Of a DNA stretch of 64,000 nt, positions 47,355 through 58,400 are shown piece after piece. The position numbers and the translations under genes were made by a program. Each line of letters begins with the position of its first letter. The stretch's first letter is position 1. Under the pieces are notes generated by a model. The model did not search any database, was not told the origin of the DNA, and saw only the letters and a list, made by a program, of their open reading frames with translations. The stretch spans positions 124,001 to 188,000 of IMG/VR virus record IMGVR_UViG_3300017917_001996; one strand, 5' to 3'.

Positions 47355-47738
47355 ATGGCACATTTTGCACAAATCGATGATAACAATGTAGTAACACAAG
47401 TAATTGTAGTAGAACAAGATGTAATTGATACAGGCTTGTTTGGTGATCCAGCTAAGTGGATTCAAACCAGCTACAACACACGTGGTGGCTTACACTACGG
47501 CCCGGACGGAAATCCCGACGGCGGCGTTGCACTAAGAAAAAACTATGCAGGTATTGGTTACACTTATGATGCAGCTAGAGATGCATTTATTCCACCAAAA
47601 CCCTACGCAAGCTGGGTCCTAGACGAAGCAACATGTTGGTGGACTGCACCAGTAGCACAGCCAGCACCCCAAGAAGGTATAATATATACCTGGAACGAAG
47701 AAAATCAAACTTGGGATTCTATAACACTACCTGCTTAA
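47355..47738 (+). CDS. MAHFAQID-family small protein
   Basis: Paralog of 46013; SD AGGAG. Confidence 0.7.
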   Translation: MAHFAQIDDNNVVTQVIVVEQDVIDTGLFGDPAKWIQTSYNTRGGLHYGPDGNPDGGVALRKNYAGIGYTYDAARDAFIPPKPYASWVLDEATCWWTAPVAQPAPQEGIIYTWNEENQTWDSITLPA

Positions 47739-47751
47739 TTGAGAACAAAAA

Positions 47752-50700
47752 ATGGCACAGTATATTACAGCAAACAACATTGAACCCGCAACTCTTACTA
47801 CATTGTCTGGACCCAAGATACAAAGTATTACCTATCCTGGCAACGATACGGCAGTGAATGTAGCCGGTGGTGACACAGTTACTTTAACTGGTACAGGATT
47901 TGTCAGCGGCTGTACTATACTGGTCAACGGTTCGGCAGCACCGTCAGTTACTTTTAATAGCTCAACCAGTGTGCAGTTTACTACTCCAGCATTGAGTGCA
48001 GGTGGATATGTTGTATACTTAATTAATCCCGACGGTGGAACAGCTATTGCAGTGCCGGGCTTACAGTACAGTGGTGTGCCCGCGTGGTCAACCGCAGCAG
48101 GTACGCTAGGCACAGTTTATGAAACTAGTTCTATTAATACCACAGTCGCAGCCACAGGTGATGCACCAATCACCTACACATTGCAAAGTGGTAGTTTACC
48201 AACAGGTGCCAATTTAAATAGTTCAACAGGTTTGATCAGTGGTACTAGTCCAATTACTGCCAACTCTACTACTTACAGTTTTACTATACGTGCCACAGAT
48301 GGACAAAATCAAGATACAGATCGTGCATTTAGTATTACTATTAATCCTGATGTGGTCACATGGTCATCACCGGCTGACGGCACCGCCTATTCTGTAGGCG
48401 TTGATTCGGCTATTAGTAATGTTTCACTGGTGGCTAGTAGTGCTGCTGGCAACGGAGTTCAATATACTGCAAACACATTACCTACTGGTTTGACTTTGAC
48501 GGGTAATGTCATAAGTGGAACACCTACAGTTACAGGAAATGTCAGCACACTGTTAACTGCAACAGCCAATGTTTCTAACAGGTCTGCAACTAGAACTATC
48601 AGCTGGGTGGTTAATGTCAGTGGCGATACAAATTGGAACTATGTAACCACTCTCTTAAGTGCTAATATGGCAGTTGCTCCCTTTAATGATGACGCAAGTA
48701 CAAATAATTTTGCAGTGACAATTAATGGTGACACACGACCAAACAATTTTAATCCGTATACTCCAGGATACTATAGTAATTATTTTGATGGTAATGGAGA
48801 TTATTTAACTGTTGCAACTTCTGCTAGTATGGTGGCATCTGGGGATTTTACTTTTGCGGCTTGGGTATATCCAACAGCAGCTTCCCCAATCAGAGGATGG
48901 TTATTCAACAATGCAGGAAGTGGATCAACTGCTAGCCATGAAATATTTGGGGTATCTCTCAGCGACACCCTTGCAATAGGAGTTTGGTATAATGATTTTT
49001 CAAATATTAAATTAGGTACTAACAGTAACACAGTACCGATCAACCGATGGTCATATATATCTGTGGTAAGGTCTGGTTCATCTGTTACAATTTATATAAA
49101 TGGAGTCTTGTCATCAACCTCAACTGGAACTAGAACAGGAAACATTGGTTCTAGCACAGTAAATGGAACGATTGGCGCGTATCAGGTTTCACAATATTTT
49201 ATAGGGTATATTGCTGATCTGAGTTGGACTAATGATAGTGTTATAACTACAGTTCCTACTAGCCCTAAATCATCAACTGGTACAAGTTTATTAACCTGTC
49301 AATCAAACAGATTTATAGATAATTCAACAAACAATTTTACAGTTACTAGAAATGGTGACACTAGAATAAGTTCATTTGATCCATTTGTACCAAACAGTAG
49401 TTACAGTACCTATGGTAGTACATACTTTGATGGTACTGGGGATTATTTAATAGTTAACGGTAATTCAAATTTAGCATTAGGCTCAGGCGATTTTACAGTA
49501 GAGGGTTGGTTCTATATTGGAACCAACACATCAATTTGGCGTGCTCTTGTTATTATTGGTAATTCCAACGATAACGGAATATATTTAAGCACTAGTAATA
49601 CGCTTACTTGGTTTGAAAGTGGCGCTCAGGCATCGTCGGCTACAGTGATACCTAGCAGTTGGAATCATTTTGCAGTATCTAGACAAGGTACAACGTTAAG
49701 ATTATTTCTAAACGGAGTTAAATCATCAAGTGATTATACAACTTCTACTAATTATACAAGAACCTCAGTGTATATTGGTTCCAACGGTACTGGAGGAGAG
49801 CCTTACACGGGATATTTGTCAGATATTAGAGTAGTCAAAGGAACCGCAGTCTATACCTCAGCATTCACACCACCTACTGCACCACTAACAGCAATAGCAA
49901 ACACAAGTCTATTAACCTGTCAAACAAACCAACCATTTAACAATAACATATTCTTAGACAACAGTACTAATAATTTCTTAATTACAAGAGCAGGTAACAC
50001 CACACAAGGTACATTTAGTCCTTATGGTGCAGGTTGGAGCGGCAACTTTAACGGTTTAAATTCAATGATAGATATAGGATTTACTGGCGTAGCACCAACC
50101 GCAGATTTTACCATCGAAATGTGGTTCTATGGTAATTCTTTTACAGCACAAACTGGTGGTGATACAGGATTGACTTTCATTGGATTGGCTACCGACACCA
50201 GTGGCAGACTTAACTTGTTTGTAACTGCCGCCGGCGAAATTAAAGCGTCGATGACAAACAACAGTGGAACAGTTGTAATTAACTTATCATCGAATACCGG
50301 TGTAGTTAACAAAACTACATGGTATCATGCGGCATTTGTCAGAAACGGAAATAATTATAACATTTATTTAAATGGAACATCGGTGGCTTCAACTACAAGT
50401 GCGACAGCAATGACTTATGCACAAGATATGTTGTATGTAGGTATTAACAGACCCGGCGGATCTGGAACAAGTTCTCACCCCTGGGATGGATACATTAGTA
50501 ATTATAGGTATACCAAGTCTGCGGTTTACACCGGTAATTTTACGCCAAGTGCAGTACCATTACAACCAATTACAAATACAGTTTTAATGCTATTGCAGGA
50601 TTCTAGGTTTGTTGACAACTCAGTAACACGGTACCCTGTTACTCCTACTAATGTTACAGTTCAACGCTTTAGTCCATTTGCAGGAACAATATTACCCGCT

Positions 50701-52476
50701 CCTGCTTACAGTGCTTATTTTGATGGCACTGGAGATTTCTTAACAATGCCGGCAACATCGCCGGCTATATTTGCATTTGGTGCAAACGATTTTACAATTG
50801 AAACATGGGTTTATTTCAATGATGTCACAACATCTCAGAATATATATGAGTCAAGACCCGATGTTGGTGATGGTTTGTATCCTACAATATACATATCTTC
50901 GGGGACAATAAAATTTTATACCAATGGTTCTAACCGTATAACATCTTCCTCTGTTGTTGTTGGTCAGTGGTATCACTTGGCAGTGTCCAAGAACTCAGGT
51001 ACCACAAAAATGTTTTTAAATGGTGCTCAGGTGGGTAGCTCATATGCTGATACAAACACTTATATAAACGGGTCTGCGTATCGTCCTTGCATTGCAACAT
51101 ATAATGGAAGTACAGGATACCTTAACGGATATCTGTCAAATTTAAGAGTGTTAAACGGTACAGGCTTGTACACATCTACATTTACTCCGCCGACTTCACC
51201 GCTAACAGCGATAACAAACACAATTTTATTAACTTGTCAAAGTGCAACATTCGTTGATAATTCAACTAATGCATTTAGCATAATTGTCAATGGCAACAGT
51301 CGCCCAACAACCTTTACGCCATTCACAGTCTCGTACTCAACAAAACAAAGTTACACACCTGAAGTATTTGGTGGTAGTATGTACTTTGATGGTACTGGGG
51401 ATTATTTGAATATTGCCAGCCAGGCAACACTAGCTCCAGGATCAGGTAATTTTACATTAGAATTCTGGATTTATTTAACTGCTACGCCAGGCGTTCTTGC
51501 AGGAATTTATGATAACAGACCAGCAAGCACACAAGGAGCCTATATATTTTTATATCTTAATAGTGATAGAACTGTAAGATTATGGGTAAGTGGTGCTGAT
51601 AGAATTACCAGTTCAGCACTAGCATTAAACACTTGGTATCATCTAGCGGTAGTTAAAAATTCTGGAACTACTACCATGTATTTGAATGGTGTGGTTACTG
51701 GATCAACTTATAGTGATTCTACTACCTATTTACAAAACGGAACCCTTATTGGAGCTAGTTATGGTGGAGGAGCATCAGTATCAAGTTATTTGACTGGTTA
51801 TTTGTGTGATGTAAGAATGACAATAGGAACCGCAGTCTATGCCTCAAACTTTGTAACACAAAATGCTCCACTAACCGCAGTACAAAATTCTGTATTGTTG
51901 TTAAACGGTACTAGTGCTAGCATCTATGATTCCAGCGGCATGAATGCGTTTGAAACTGTAGCTGATGCAAAATTAAGCACAAGTGTTGTTAAGTACGGAA
52001 ATACCAGTATGTATTTTGATGGTACTGGGGATTATTTAAGTATACCTTCGTCGCCGAATTTAAACTTAGGTCCGGGCAATTTTACAATAGAAATGTGGGC
52101 ATACAAATCAAATACTACTGATACTTTTTCGCTTTTTCAGAAAAGCAGTAGTTATGAATTAAAATGTGATGCCGGAAGATGGGTATGGCAAATTAATACA
52201 GGAACAAATGTGTTTGTAACTAATGGTAATTTGACTCAGGGCACCTGGAGTCATGTTGCATTAGTAAGAAACGGCGCAACAACTACTCTTTATGTTAACG
52301 GTAGTTCAGCAGCTTCAGGGTCGTCATCTAATCCTACCGATAATACCAGCGCTCTATTGATAGGTACCGGTGCCGTTGCATTTAATGGTTACATTTCTGA
52401 TTTTAGAATTACCAAAGGTGTCGCACGTTACACTGCCAACTTCACCCCACCAACAGCAGCATTCTTTAAGAATTGA
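47752..52476 (+). CDS. Adhesin: IPT/TIG, Ig-like domains and six LamG/ConA-like lectin domains
   Basis: Six S.YFDG.GDYL-type domain starts, each with FT.E.W.Y, W.H.A..R, LNG and GYIS..R motifs. Confidence 0.85.
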   Translation: MAQYITANNIEPATLTTLSGPKIQSITYPGNDTAVNVAGGDTVTLTGTGFVSGCTILVNGSAAPSVTFNSSTSVQFTTPALSAGGYVVYLINPDGGTAIAVPGLQYSGVPAWSTAAGTLGTVYETSSINTTVAATGDAPITYTLQSGSLPTGANLNSSTGLISGTSPITANSTTYSFTIRATDGQNQDTDRAFSITINPDVVTWSSPADGTAYSVGVDSAISNVSLVASSAAGNGVQYTANTLPTGLTLTGNVISGTPTVTGNVSTLLTATANVSNRSATRTISWVVNVSGDTNWNYVTTLLSANMAVAPFNDDASTNNFAVTINGDTRPNNFNPYTPGYYSNYFDGNGDYLTVATSASMVASGDFTFAAWVYPTAASPIRGWLFNNAGSGSTASHEIFGVSLSDTLAIGVWYNDFSNIKLGTNSNTVPINRWSYISVVRSGSSVTIYINGVLSSTSTGTRTGNIGSSTVNGTIGAYQVSQYFIGYIADLSWTNDSVITTVPTSPKSSTGTSLLTCQSNRFIDNSTNNFTVTRNGDTRISSFDPFVPNSSYSTYGSTYFDGTGDYLIVNGNSNLALGSGDFTVEGWFYIGTNTSIWRALVIIGNSNDNGIYLSTSNTLTWFESGAQASSATVIPSSWNHFAVSRQGTTLRLFLNGVKSSSDYTTSTNYTRTSVYIGSNGTGGEPYTGYLSDIRVVKGTAVYTSAFTPPTAPLTAIANTSLLTCQTNQPFNNNIFLDNSTNNFLITRAGNTTQGTFSPYGAGWSGNFNGLNSMIDIGFTGVAPTADFTIEMWFYGNSFTAQTGGDTGLTFIGLATDTSGRLNLFVTAAGEIKASMTNNSGTVVINLSSNTGVVNKTTWYHAAFVRNGNNYNIYLNGTSVASTTSATAMTYAQDMLYVGINRPGGSGTSSHPWDGYISNYRYTKSAVYTGNFTPSAVPLQPITNTVLMLLQDSRFVDNSVTRYPVTPTNVTVQRFSPFAGTILPAPAYSAYFDGTGDFLTMPATSPAIFAFGANDFTIETWVYFNDVTTSQNIYESRPDVGDGLYPTIYISSGTIKFYTNGSNRITSSSVVVGQWYHLAVSKNSGTTKMFLNGAQVGSSYADTNTYINGSAYRPCIATYNGSTGYLNGYLSNLRVLNGTGLYTSTFTPPTSPLTAITNTILLTCQSATFVDNSTNAFSIIVNGNSRPTTFTPFTVSYSTKQSYTPEVFGGSMYFDGTGDYLNIASQATLAPGSGNFTLEFWIYLTATPGVLAGIYDNRPASTQGAYIFLYLNSDRTVRLWVSGADRITSSALALNTWYHLAVVKNSGTTTMYLNGVVTGSTYSDSTTYLQNGTLIGASYGGGASVSSYLTGYLCDVRMTIGTAVYASNFVTQNAPLTAVQNSVLLLNGTSASIYDSSGMNAFETVADAKLSTSVVKYGNTSMYFDGTGDYLSIPSSPNLNLGPGNFTIEMWAYKSNTTDTFSLFQKSSSYELKCDAGRWVWQINTGTNVFVTNGNLTQGTWSHVALVRNGATTTLYVNGSSAASGSSSNPTDNTSALLIGTGAVAFNGYISDFRITKGVARYTANFTPPTAAFFKN

Positions 52477-52481
52477 CAATA

Positions 52482-52489
52482 GATAAATA
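52482..52489 (+). promoter_or_regulatory. Late promoter box (GATAAATA)
   Basis: TAAATA 6 nt before ATG 52496. Confidence 0.6.
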
Positions 52490-52495
52490 TTGAAT

Positions 52496-55165
52496 ATGGC
52501 ATTAACTAAGATTACCTCATCAGGGCTAACCGGGAACCTAATACTCGGTAATGTAACTATTGCCGGTAGTTTGCGTGACAGTAACGGCGCAGTATTTTCC
52601 AGCGGCATTAGCTCAGGATACACCGGATCTGCTGGTGCAGGTTATACTGGATCTGCTGGTAGTGCTGGATACACCGGATCAGCTGGAACCAATGGATTCA
52701 CTGGTAGTCAAGGTAATGTTGGATTCACCGGTAGTGCTGGAACTAATGGATTCACCGGATCAGCTGGAACTAGTGGATTCACCGGTAGCACTGGTGTAGG
52801 TTACTCAGGTAGTCAAGGCGATGCTGGTTATACTGGTAGTCGTGGTGACACTGGCTTAGGTTTTGCCATTGCTAAGACATATGTTAGTGTTGCTGCATTA
52901 ACCGCAGATACTAGTCCAACCGGAATAGTTGCAGGACAGTTTGCTATTATTGATACAGGTAATGTTGATGATGCAGAAAATTCAAGATTGTATCTTTGGA
53001 ATGGATCAACGTATCAATATGTAAATGATTTATCAGGTGCTATAGGTCTAACTGGGCCGCAGGGCAATGCAGGTTATACAGGTAGTGCGGGTACAGATGG
53101 ATATACTGGTAGTCAGGGTGATTTAGGTTATACTGGTAGTCAGGGTGATTTAGGTTATACTGGTAGTGCAGGCGCTGATGGATATGTTGGTAGTCGGGGC
53201 AATTTAGGCTACACTGGTAGTGCAGGTACAGATGGCTATACTGGTAGTCAAGGCGATTTAGGTTACACAGGTAGTCAAGGTGCACCTGGTGAATATGCAG
53301 GTGTAGGCTATACAGGTAGTCAAGGTGATACAGGCTATGTAGGCAGTCAAGGTGATTTAGGTTATACTGGCAGTCAAGGACTTACTGGTTTTACAGGTAG
53401 CCAAGGTATTCCTGGAGAATATGCAGCCATTGGATACACAGGTAGTCAAGGTGATACAGGCTATGTAGGCAGTCAAGGGGTGCGTGGATACACAGGTAGT
53501 CATGGAGATACTGGCGCAACTGGGCCTCAAGGTGCAACAGGGCCAACAGGTGCAACCGGAGTACAAGGACCAATTGGTGCAACTGGACCAGAAGGCGTTC
53601 AGGGCATTCAAGGTATACAAGGTTACACAGGTAGTCAAGGTGATCCTGGCGAGCAAGGTAATATTGGTTATACAGGTAGCCAAGGTACAGCCGGTACCAA
53701 CGGAGCCGACGGTGCAACTGGTCCTACTGGAGCAACTGGTCCTACTGGTCCAACTGGTTACACGGGTAGCCAAGGAGAAGCAGGTACCAACGGTTACACG
53801 GGTAGCCAAGGAGAAGCAGGTACTAATGGCTATACAGGTAGCCGAGGTACATTTTCTGGAACTACTTCGGATGCAATTATTACCACCAACACTACACCAT
53901 CAACAGGTACTAGCTCAGGTGCACTACAAGTAGCTGGCGGTGCTGGCATTCAAGGAACATTATATGTTGGTCAAGATGCCTATGTCACAGGCAACTTGTA
54001 TGTATCCAATTCTTTTTCTATATCATCACAAACAATTACAGTTACTGATCCGTTATTGTATCTTCAAACTAGCCAAGTTTATCCATACAATTACGACATT
54101 GGTTTTTACAGCCATTTCAGAGGCGGCCCTGCAAATGCCTATGTTCATACAGGTGTTGTACGAGATCATCAGTCTGAAATTTGGGGGTTCTTCAGTAACA
54201 TACACACAGAACCCACAAACAACGGCATAAGCTGGACCGACACTGGACTTATTTGGGACACAATTAAGACCGGTGATCATATTATTGCCAACAATACACC
54301 ATCAACTAGCACAACCACTGGAGCTTTACGTGTTGCTGGTGGCGCCGGAATCGAAGGTAATGTTTACGCAACCGCAGTTTATACATCGGGTTTATTTTAC
54401 CCAAATAGTACCCCATACAGCACAGGCGGAACTGGAGATGGCTACACTGGAAGCCGAGGTGATCTAGGTTATACAGGTAGTCAAGGAAGTCAAGGCAGTG
54501 TAGGTTATACAGGAAGCCAAGGCGACACGGGTAATAGCGGTTATACTGGAAGCCGAGGTGATTCGGGTTATACAGGTAGCCATGGCGATTTGGGTTACAC
54601 AGGTAGTATTGGTTACACAGGTAGCCAAGGTGTACAAGGACTAATTGGTGCTACTGGACCCGAAGGTGTACAAGGTATTCAAGGCGTACAAGGTTACACA
54701 GGTAGTCAAGGTGTTGAAGGTTACACAGGTAGCCGAGGTGCTGAAGGTTATACAGGTAGTCAAGGTATTCCTGGAGAAGCAACGGCCATTGGATACACAG
54801 GTAGTGCTGGTACATCTGGTGTACTTTCCCAAGTTAGAATCGGTAGCAATGAATTTGCTACATCGGGTAATATTACACCAACTTCGGATACTGTAGACCA
54901 ATATAATATATTAGGACTAACTGGAAATATCACAATGTTGCCTCCTAGCGGAACTCCAACTGATGGACAGCGTCTCTTATTAAGATTCAGAGATAATGGA
55001 ACTGCTAGGACAATAACATGGACAACAACTGGAAATGCTAGCTATCGAGCAATTGGTACAACTTTACCGGAAATAACTACAATTAATAAAATAATTTATG
55101 TAGGTTGTGTTTACAATTCTCAAGATACTTTCTGGGATGTAATAGCAGTTACAATTCAATCATAA
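52496..55165 (+). CDS. Collagen-like (GYTGS) fibre stalk protein
   Basis: MALTKI start (ATG 52496); long GYTGSQG arrays; C-terminal PSGTP.DGQ.L.LR..DNGTAR.I.W...WDVIAV domain. Confidence 0.8.
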   Translation: MALTKITSSGLTGNLILGNVTIAGSLRDSNGAVFSSGISSGYTGSAGAGYTGSAGSAGYTGSAGTNGFTGSQGNVGFTGSAGTNGFTGSAGTSGFTGSTGVGYSGSQGDAGYTGSRGDTGLGFAIAKTYVSVAALTADTSPTGIVAGQFAIIDTGNVDDAENSRLYLWNGSTYQYVNDLSGAIGLTGPQGNAGYTGSAGTDGYTGSQGDLGYTGSQGDLGYTGSAGADGYVGSRGNLGYTGSAGTDGYTGSQGDLGYTGSQGAPGEYAGVGYTGSQGDTGYVGSQGDLGYTGSQGLTGFTGSQGIPGEYAAIGYTGSQGDTGYVGSQGVRGYTGSHGDTGATGPQGATGPTGATGVQGPIGATGPEGVQGIQGIQGYTGSQGDPGEQGNIGYTGSQGTAGTNGADGATGPTGATGPTGPTGYTGSQGEAGTNGYTGSQGEAGTNGYTGSRGTFSGTTSDAIITTNTTPSTGTSSGALQVAGGAGIQGTLYVGQDAYVTGNLYVSNSFSISSQTITVTDPLLYLQTSQVYPYNYDIGFYSHFRGGPANAYVHTGVVRDHQSEIWGFFSNIHTEPTNNGISWTDTGLIWDTIKTGDHIIANNTPSTSTTTGALRVAGGAGIEGNVYATAVYTSGLFYPNSTPYSTGGTGDGYTGSRGDLGYTGSQGSQGSVGYTGSQGDTGNSGYTGSRGDSGYTGSHGDLGYTGSIGYTGSQGVQGLIGATGPEGVQGIQGVQGYTGSQGVEGYTGSRGAEGYTGSQGIPGEATAIGYTGSAGTSGVLSQVRIGSNEFATSGNITPTSDTVDQYNILGLTGNITMLPPSGTPTDGQRLLLRFRDNGTARTITWTTTGNASYRAIGTTLPEITTINKIIYVGCVYNSQDTFWDVIAVTIQS

Positions 55166-55176
55166 AAGGTTCAATA

Positions 55177-55365
55177 ATGCAAATCAGATTTAGTTACGAA
55201 ACAAAATACGGTACATTCAGCGATGCTCTTAACTTACCTGATGATCATGGGTACACTGATACAGAACTTGAAGCAATGAAAGAACAACGCAGGGATGCCT
55301 GGGTTGCCTATATAGACAGTACTCAAGTTGCTGCTACAACAGAAACAATAATAGAAACGCCATAA
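55177..55365 (+). CDS. Small acidic protein (62 aa)
   Basis: ATG 55177 preceded by AAGGT; MQIRFSYETKYGTFSDALNLPDDH. Confidence 0.6.
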   Translation: MQIRFSYETKYGTFSDALNLPDDHGYTDTELEAMKEQRRDAWVAYIDSTQVAATTETIIETP

Positions 55366-55373
55366 AAATTAAA

Positions 55374-55381
55374 AGTAAATA
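55374..55381 (+). promoter_or_regulatory. Late promoter box (AGTAAATA)
   Basis: Intergenic TAAATA; SD AGGA before ATG 55413. Confidence 0.6.
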
Positions 55382-55412
55382 CTATATTAGAAGTAATCGA
55401 TTAGGATTTTAA

Positions 55413-58400
55413 ATGGCTGATAGATATTGGGTAGGCGGCACAGGAACCTGGAATACATTAAGTACAACCAACTGGAGTGCTACTAGCGGTGGGTCTGGCG
55501 GAGCCAGTGTGCCAACAGCAGCCGATAGTGTTTTCTTTGATCAAGCTACTACGTACACAGTTACAATGACTGGTGCATTAAACTGTTTGGACATAACAGT
55601 AAGTGCAGGCACGGTAACATTTGCAACAGGAACTACCCCTACATTAAGTGTTGCCGGAAATTGGAGTACAATTGCTAACACTGTTTGGAACAGCACAGGT
55701 ACTATTACATTTACATCAAGGACAGCCAGAACAATAAATTCTAATAATATTACTATAGCTGCGCCAGTAATATTTAATGGAATAGATGGTTCATGGACAT
55801 TACAAAATAATTTTATCACATCAAGTACATCAGGAACCACATTAACTAATGGTACTTTGTCTTTAGACACTTATACATTACAAACTTCAGCATTCTCCAG
55901 TAGTAATAGTAATAATAGAACAATTAATTTTAACACAGGCAAGATATCCATAGTAGCCTCTGCTAACGCAACAGTATGGAACACGTCTACTGTCACTAAC
56001 TTTAGTTACAACGGTACTCCAACAGTAGAATTTTCAGGCGGCGGAGTTTCTCCAGTAACTAAAACAATCAACACCGGTGTAATGTCTGAAGCGCAGGCTT
56101 TAGATTTTAGAATAATCGACACCGGAGGCTCACCTAGATACGCATTTACTACTGGAAACACTGTTGGTAATTTAACCATTAACGGTGCTCAAACTATAAA
56201 CAATATTGCAATAACGATTTTAAAATCGTTTACTCATGAAACCACCAACGGAACTACGTCATTTACTGGTGGTGCTAATGCCTGGACCTTTGCTGCTACC
56301 AGTGGCAATCATACAATTAACAATATTTCTGGGTTTTCGTACGCATTCCCTTGGACTTTTGGTAGTGCCTCGAGTACCGCAACCTGGACATTGGCAAATA
56401 ATTTAAATATCTCAACAAGTAATTTAACATTAACCAATGGTACATTAGATTTTAATAGTAAAACATTAACTGCCGGCGGTATCGTTATATTAACAGGAAC
56501 CCCAAGTATTGCTAATACTGGTACAGGCAGCTTTACAACTTCAGTACCAATAACACATACCAGTGGAACTTTTACACTTCCATTTAATGTTACTACAACT
56601 AGTGCATCAGGGTATACACTTACCGCTGGTACATTGGCATTGGGAACTAATACGTTAACTACTACAATATTCTCTAGTAGTAATTCAAATACAAGAACAC
56701 TGAACTTTGGTACAGGTAAAATTATTCTTACTGCCGGAGGAACAGTTACTCTTTGGAATACTGCAACAGTTACAAACTTATCAGTCTCGGGAACTCCTCT
56801 GGTTGAATCGATTGCACCTGGCACTTCGGTGACTAAAACAATTAATACAGGCGCACTGAGCGAAGCCAATGCAATTAGTTTTAGTTTATTAACTGGGGGT
56901 GGTAGCACAGGGGTAACTTATGCATTTACCTCAGGCAATACTGTAAAAGATTTGGTTATTAACGGTTCTGGCCAGATAATCAGTAACATAAGTATTCTCA
57001 TTTACGGTTCTTTTACCCATAGCACTGCAAACGGAACTACTACATTTACCGCTGGTACAAGCGCATGGACATTTGCAGCAACAAGTGGAAACTACAACAT
57101 TAATAACATTGCCGGCTTTACCTACGACTTCCCTTGGACCTTTGGTAGTGCCGCGAGTACAGCCACATGGACATTGGCAAATAATTTAACACTAGGTGCA
57201 ACACGACAATTAACTTTAACCAATGGCACGTTGGATTTTAATAGTAAAACGTTAAGCGCCGCAGGTATTACTATACAAACCGGGTCGCCAACTATTGCCA
57301 ATACAGGTACAGGTAGTTTTACTACAACATTACCGTTTACACATACCAGTGGTACTTTTACATTACCATTTAATGTTACCACAAGCTCAGCAACCGGTTA
57401 TACTTTAACTGCCGGTACTCTAGCATTGGGTACAAATACATTGACTACTCTGGTATTCTCTAGTAGCAACTCAAATTCAAGAACATTAAATTTTGGTAAT
57501 GGTAAAATTGTATTGAACGGATCAGTAACCGCAACTATCTGGAATACCTCCACAGTTACCGGTATGACAGTAACTGGAACATCATTGGTTGAATCTATCG
57601 GTGGAGGATCTGGTGTAACAAAAACCATCACACCAGGCGGACTGAGTGAAGCCAATGCAATTAATTTTAGTTTGTTAAATACTTCTGGTACAGTGACTTA
57701 CACAATTACTGCAGGCGCAGTTAGCAATTTAATAGTTAATGGAGTACAAACTCTAAACAATACTGCATTAACAATTTATGATAATTTTACTCACCTAACA
57801 ACAAACGGTACTACAACTTTCACTGCTGGCACTAATGCCTGGACTTTTGCTGCTACTTCAGGTACACATAATCTAGGATTTATTCAAGGCTTCACTTACG
57901 ACTTTCCGTGGACATTTAACGGCATTGGCGGAACTTGGGTATTGCCCAATAACCTAACCCTCGGTGCTACTCGTGCATTAACACTAACCAATGGTACTGT
58001 TGATTTTAATAGTAAGACCGTTTCTGCCAGCGGTATCACGGTAGTAACTGGATCTGCCACAGCTACTAACTTAACTACTACTCTAAACCTTACTCATACC
58101 AGTGGTACTCTTACACTAGGATCGGCAACTACTGTTAACAACTATACTTTAACCGCTGGTACAATAAATCTTAACTTTGATTTAACTTGTGCTACGTTTT
58201 CTAGCAACAATACAAATACAAGAACTATAGTAATCCCGCCACAATCTGCGTTGACAATTTTTGTAACAGGTAGTAATGCTACCATAGTAGATGTATCAAA
58301 CGCCACTAACTTTTCATTCTCTGGAGTTTTCAAGTTTGCTAGCACCTACACCGGATCAACTGGCACCAGAGTTTTTAACTACGGAAGTAGTGGAATTACA

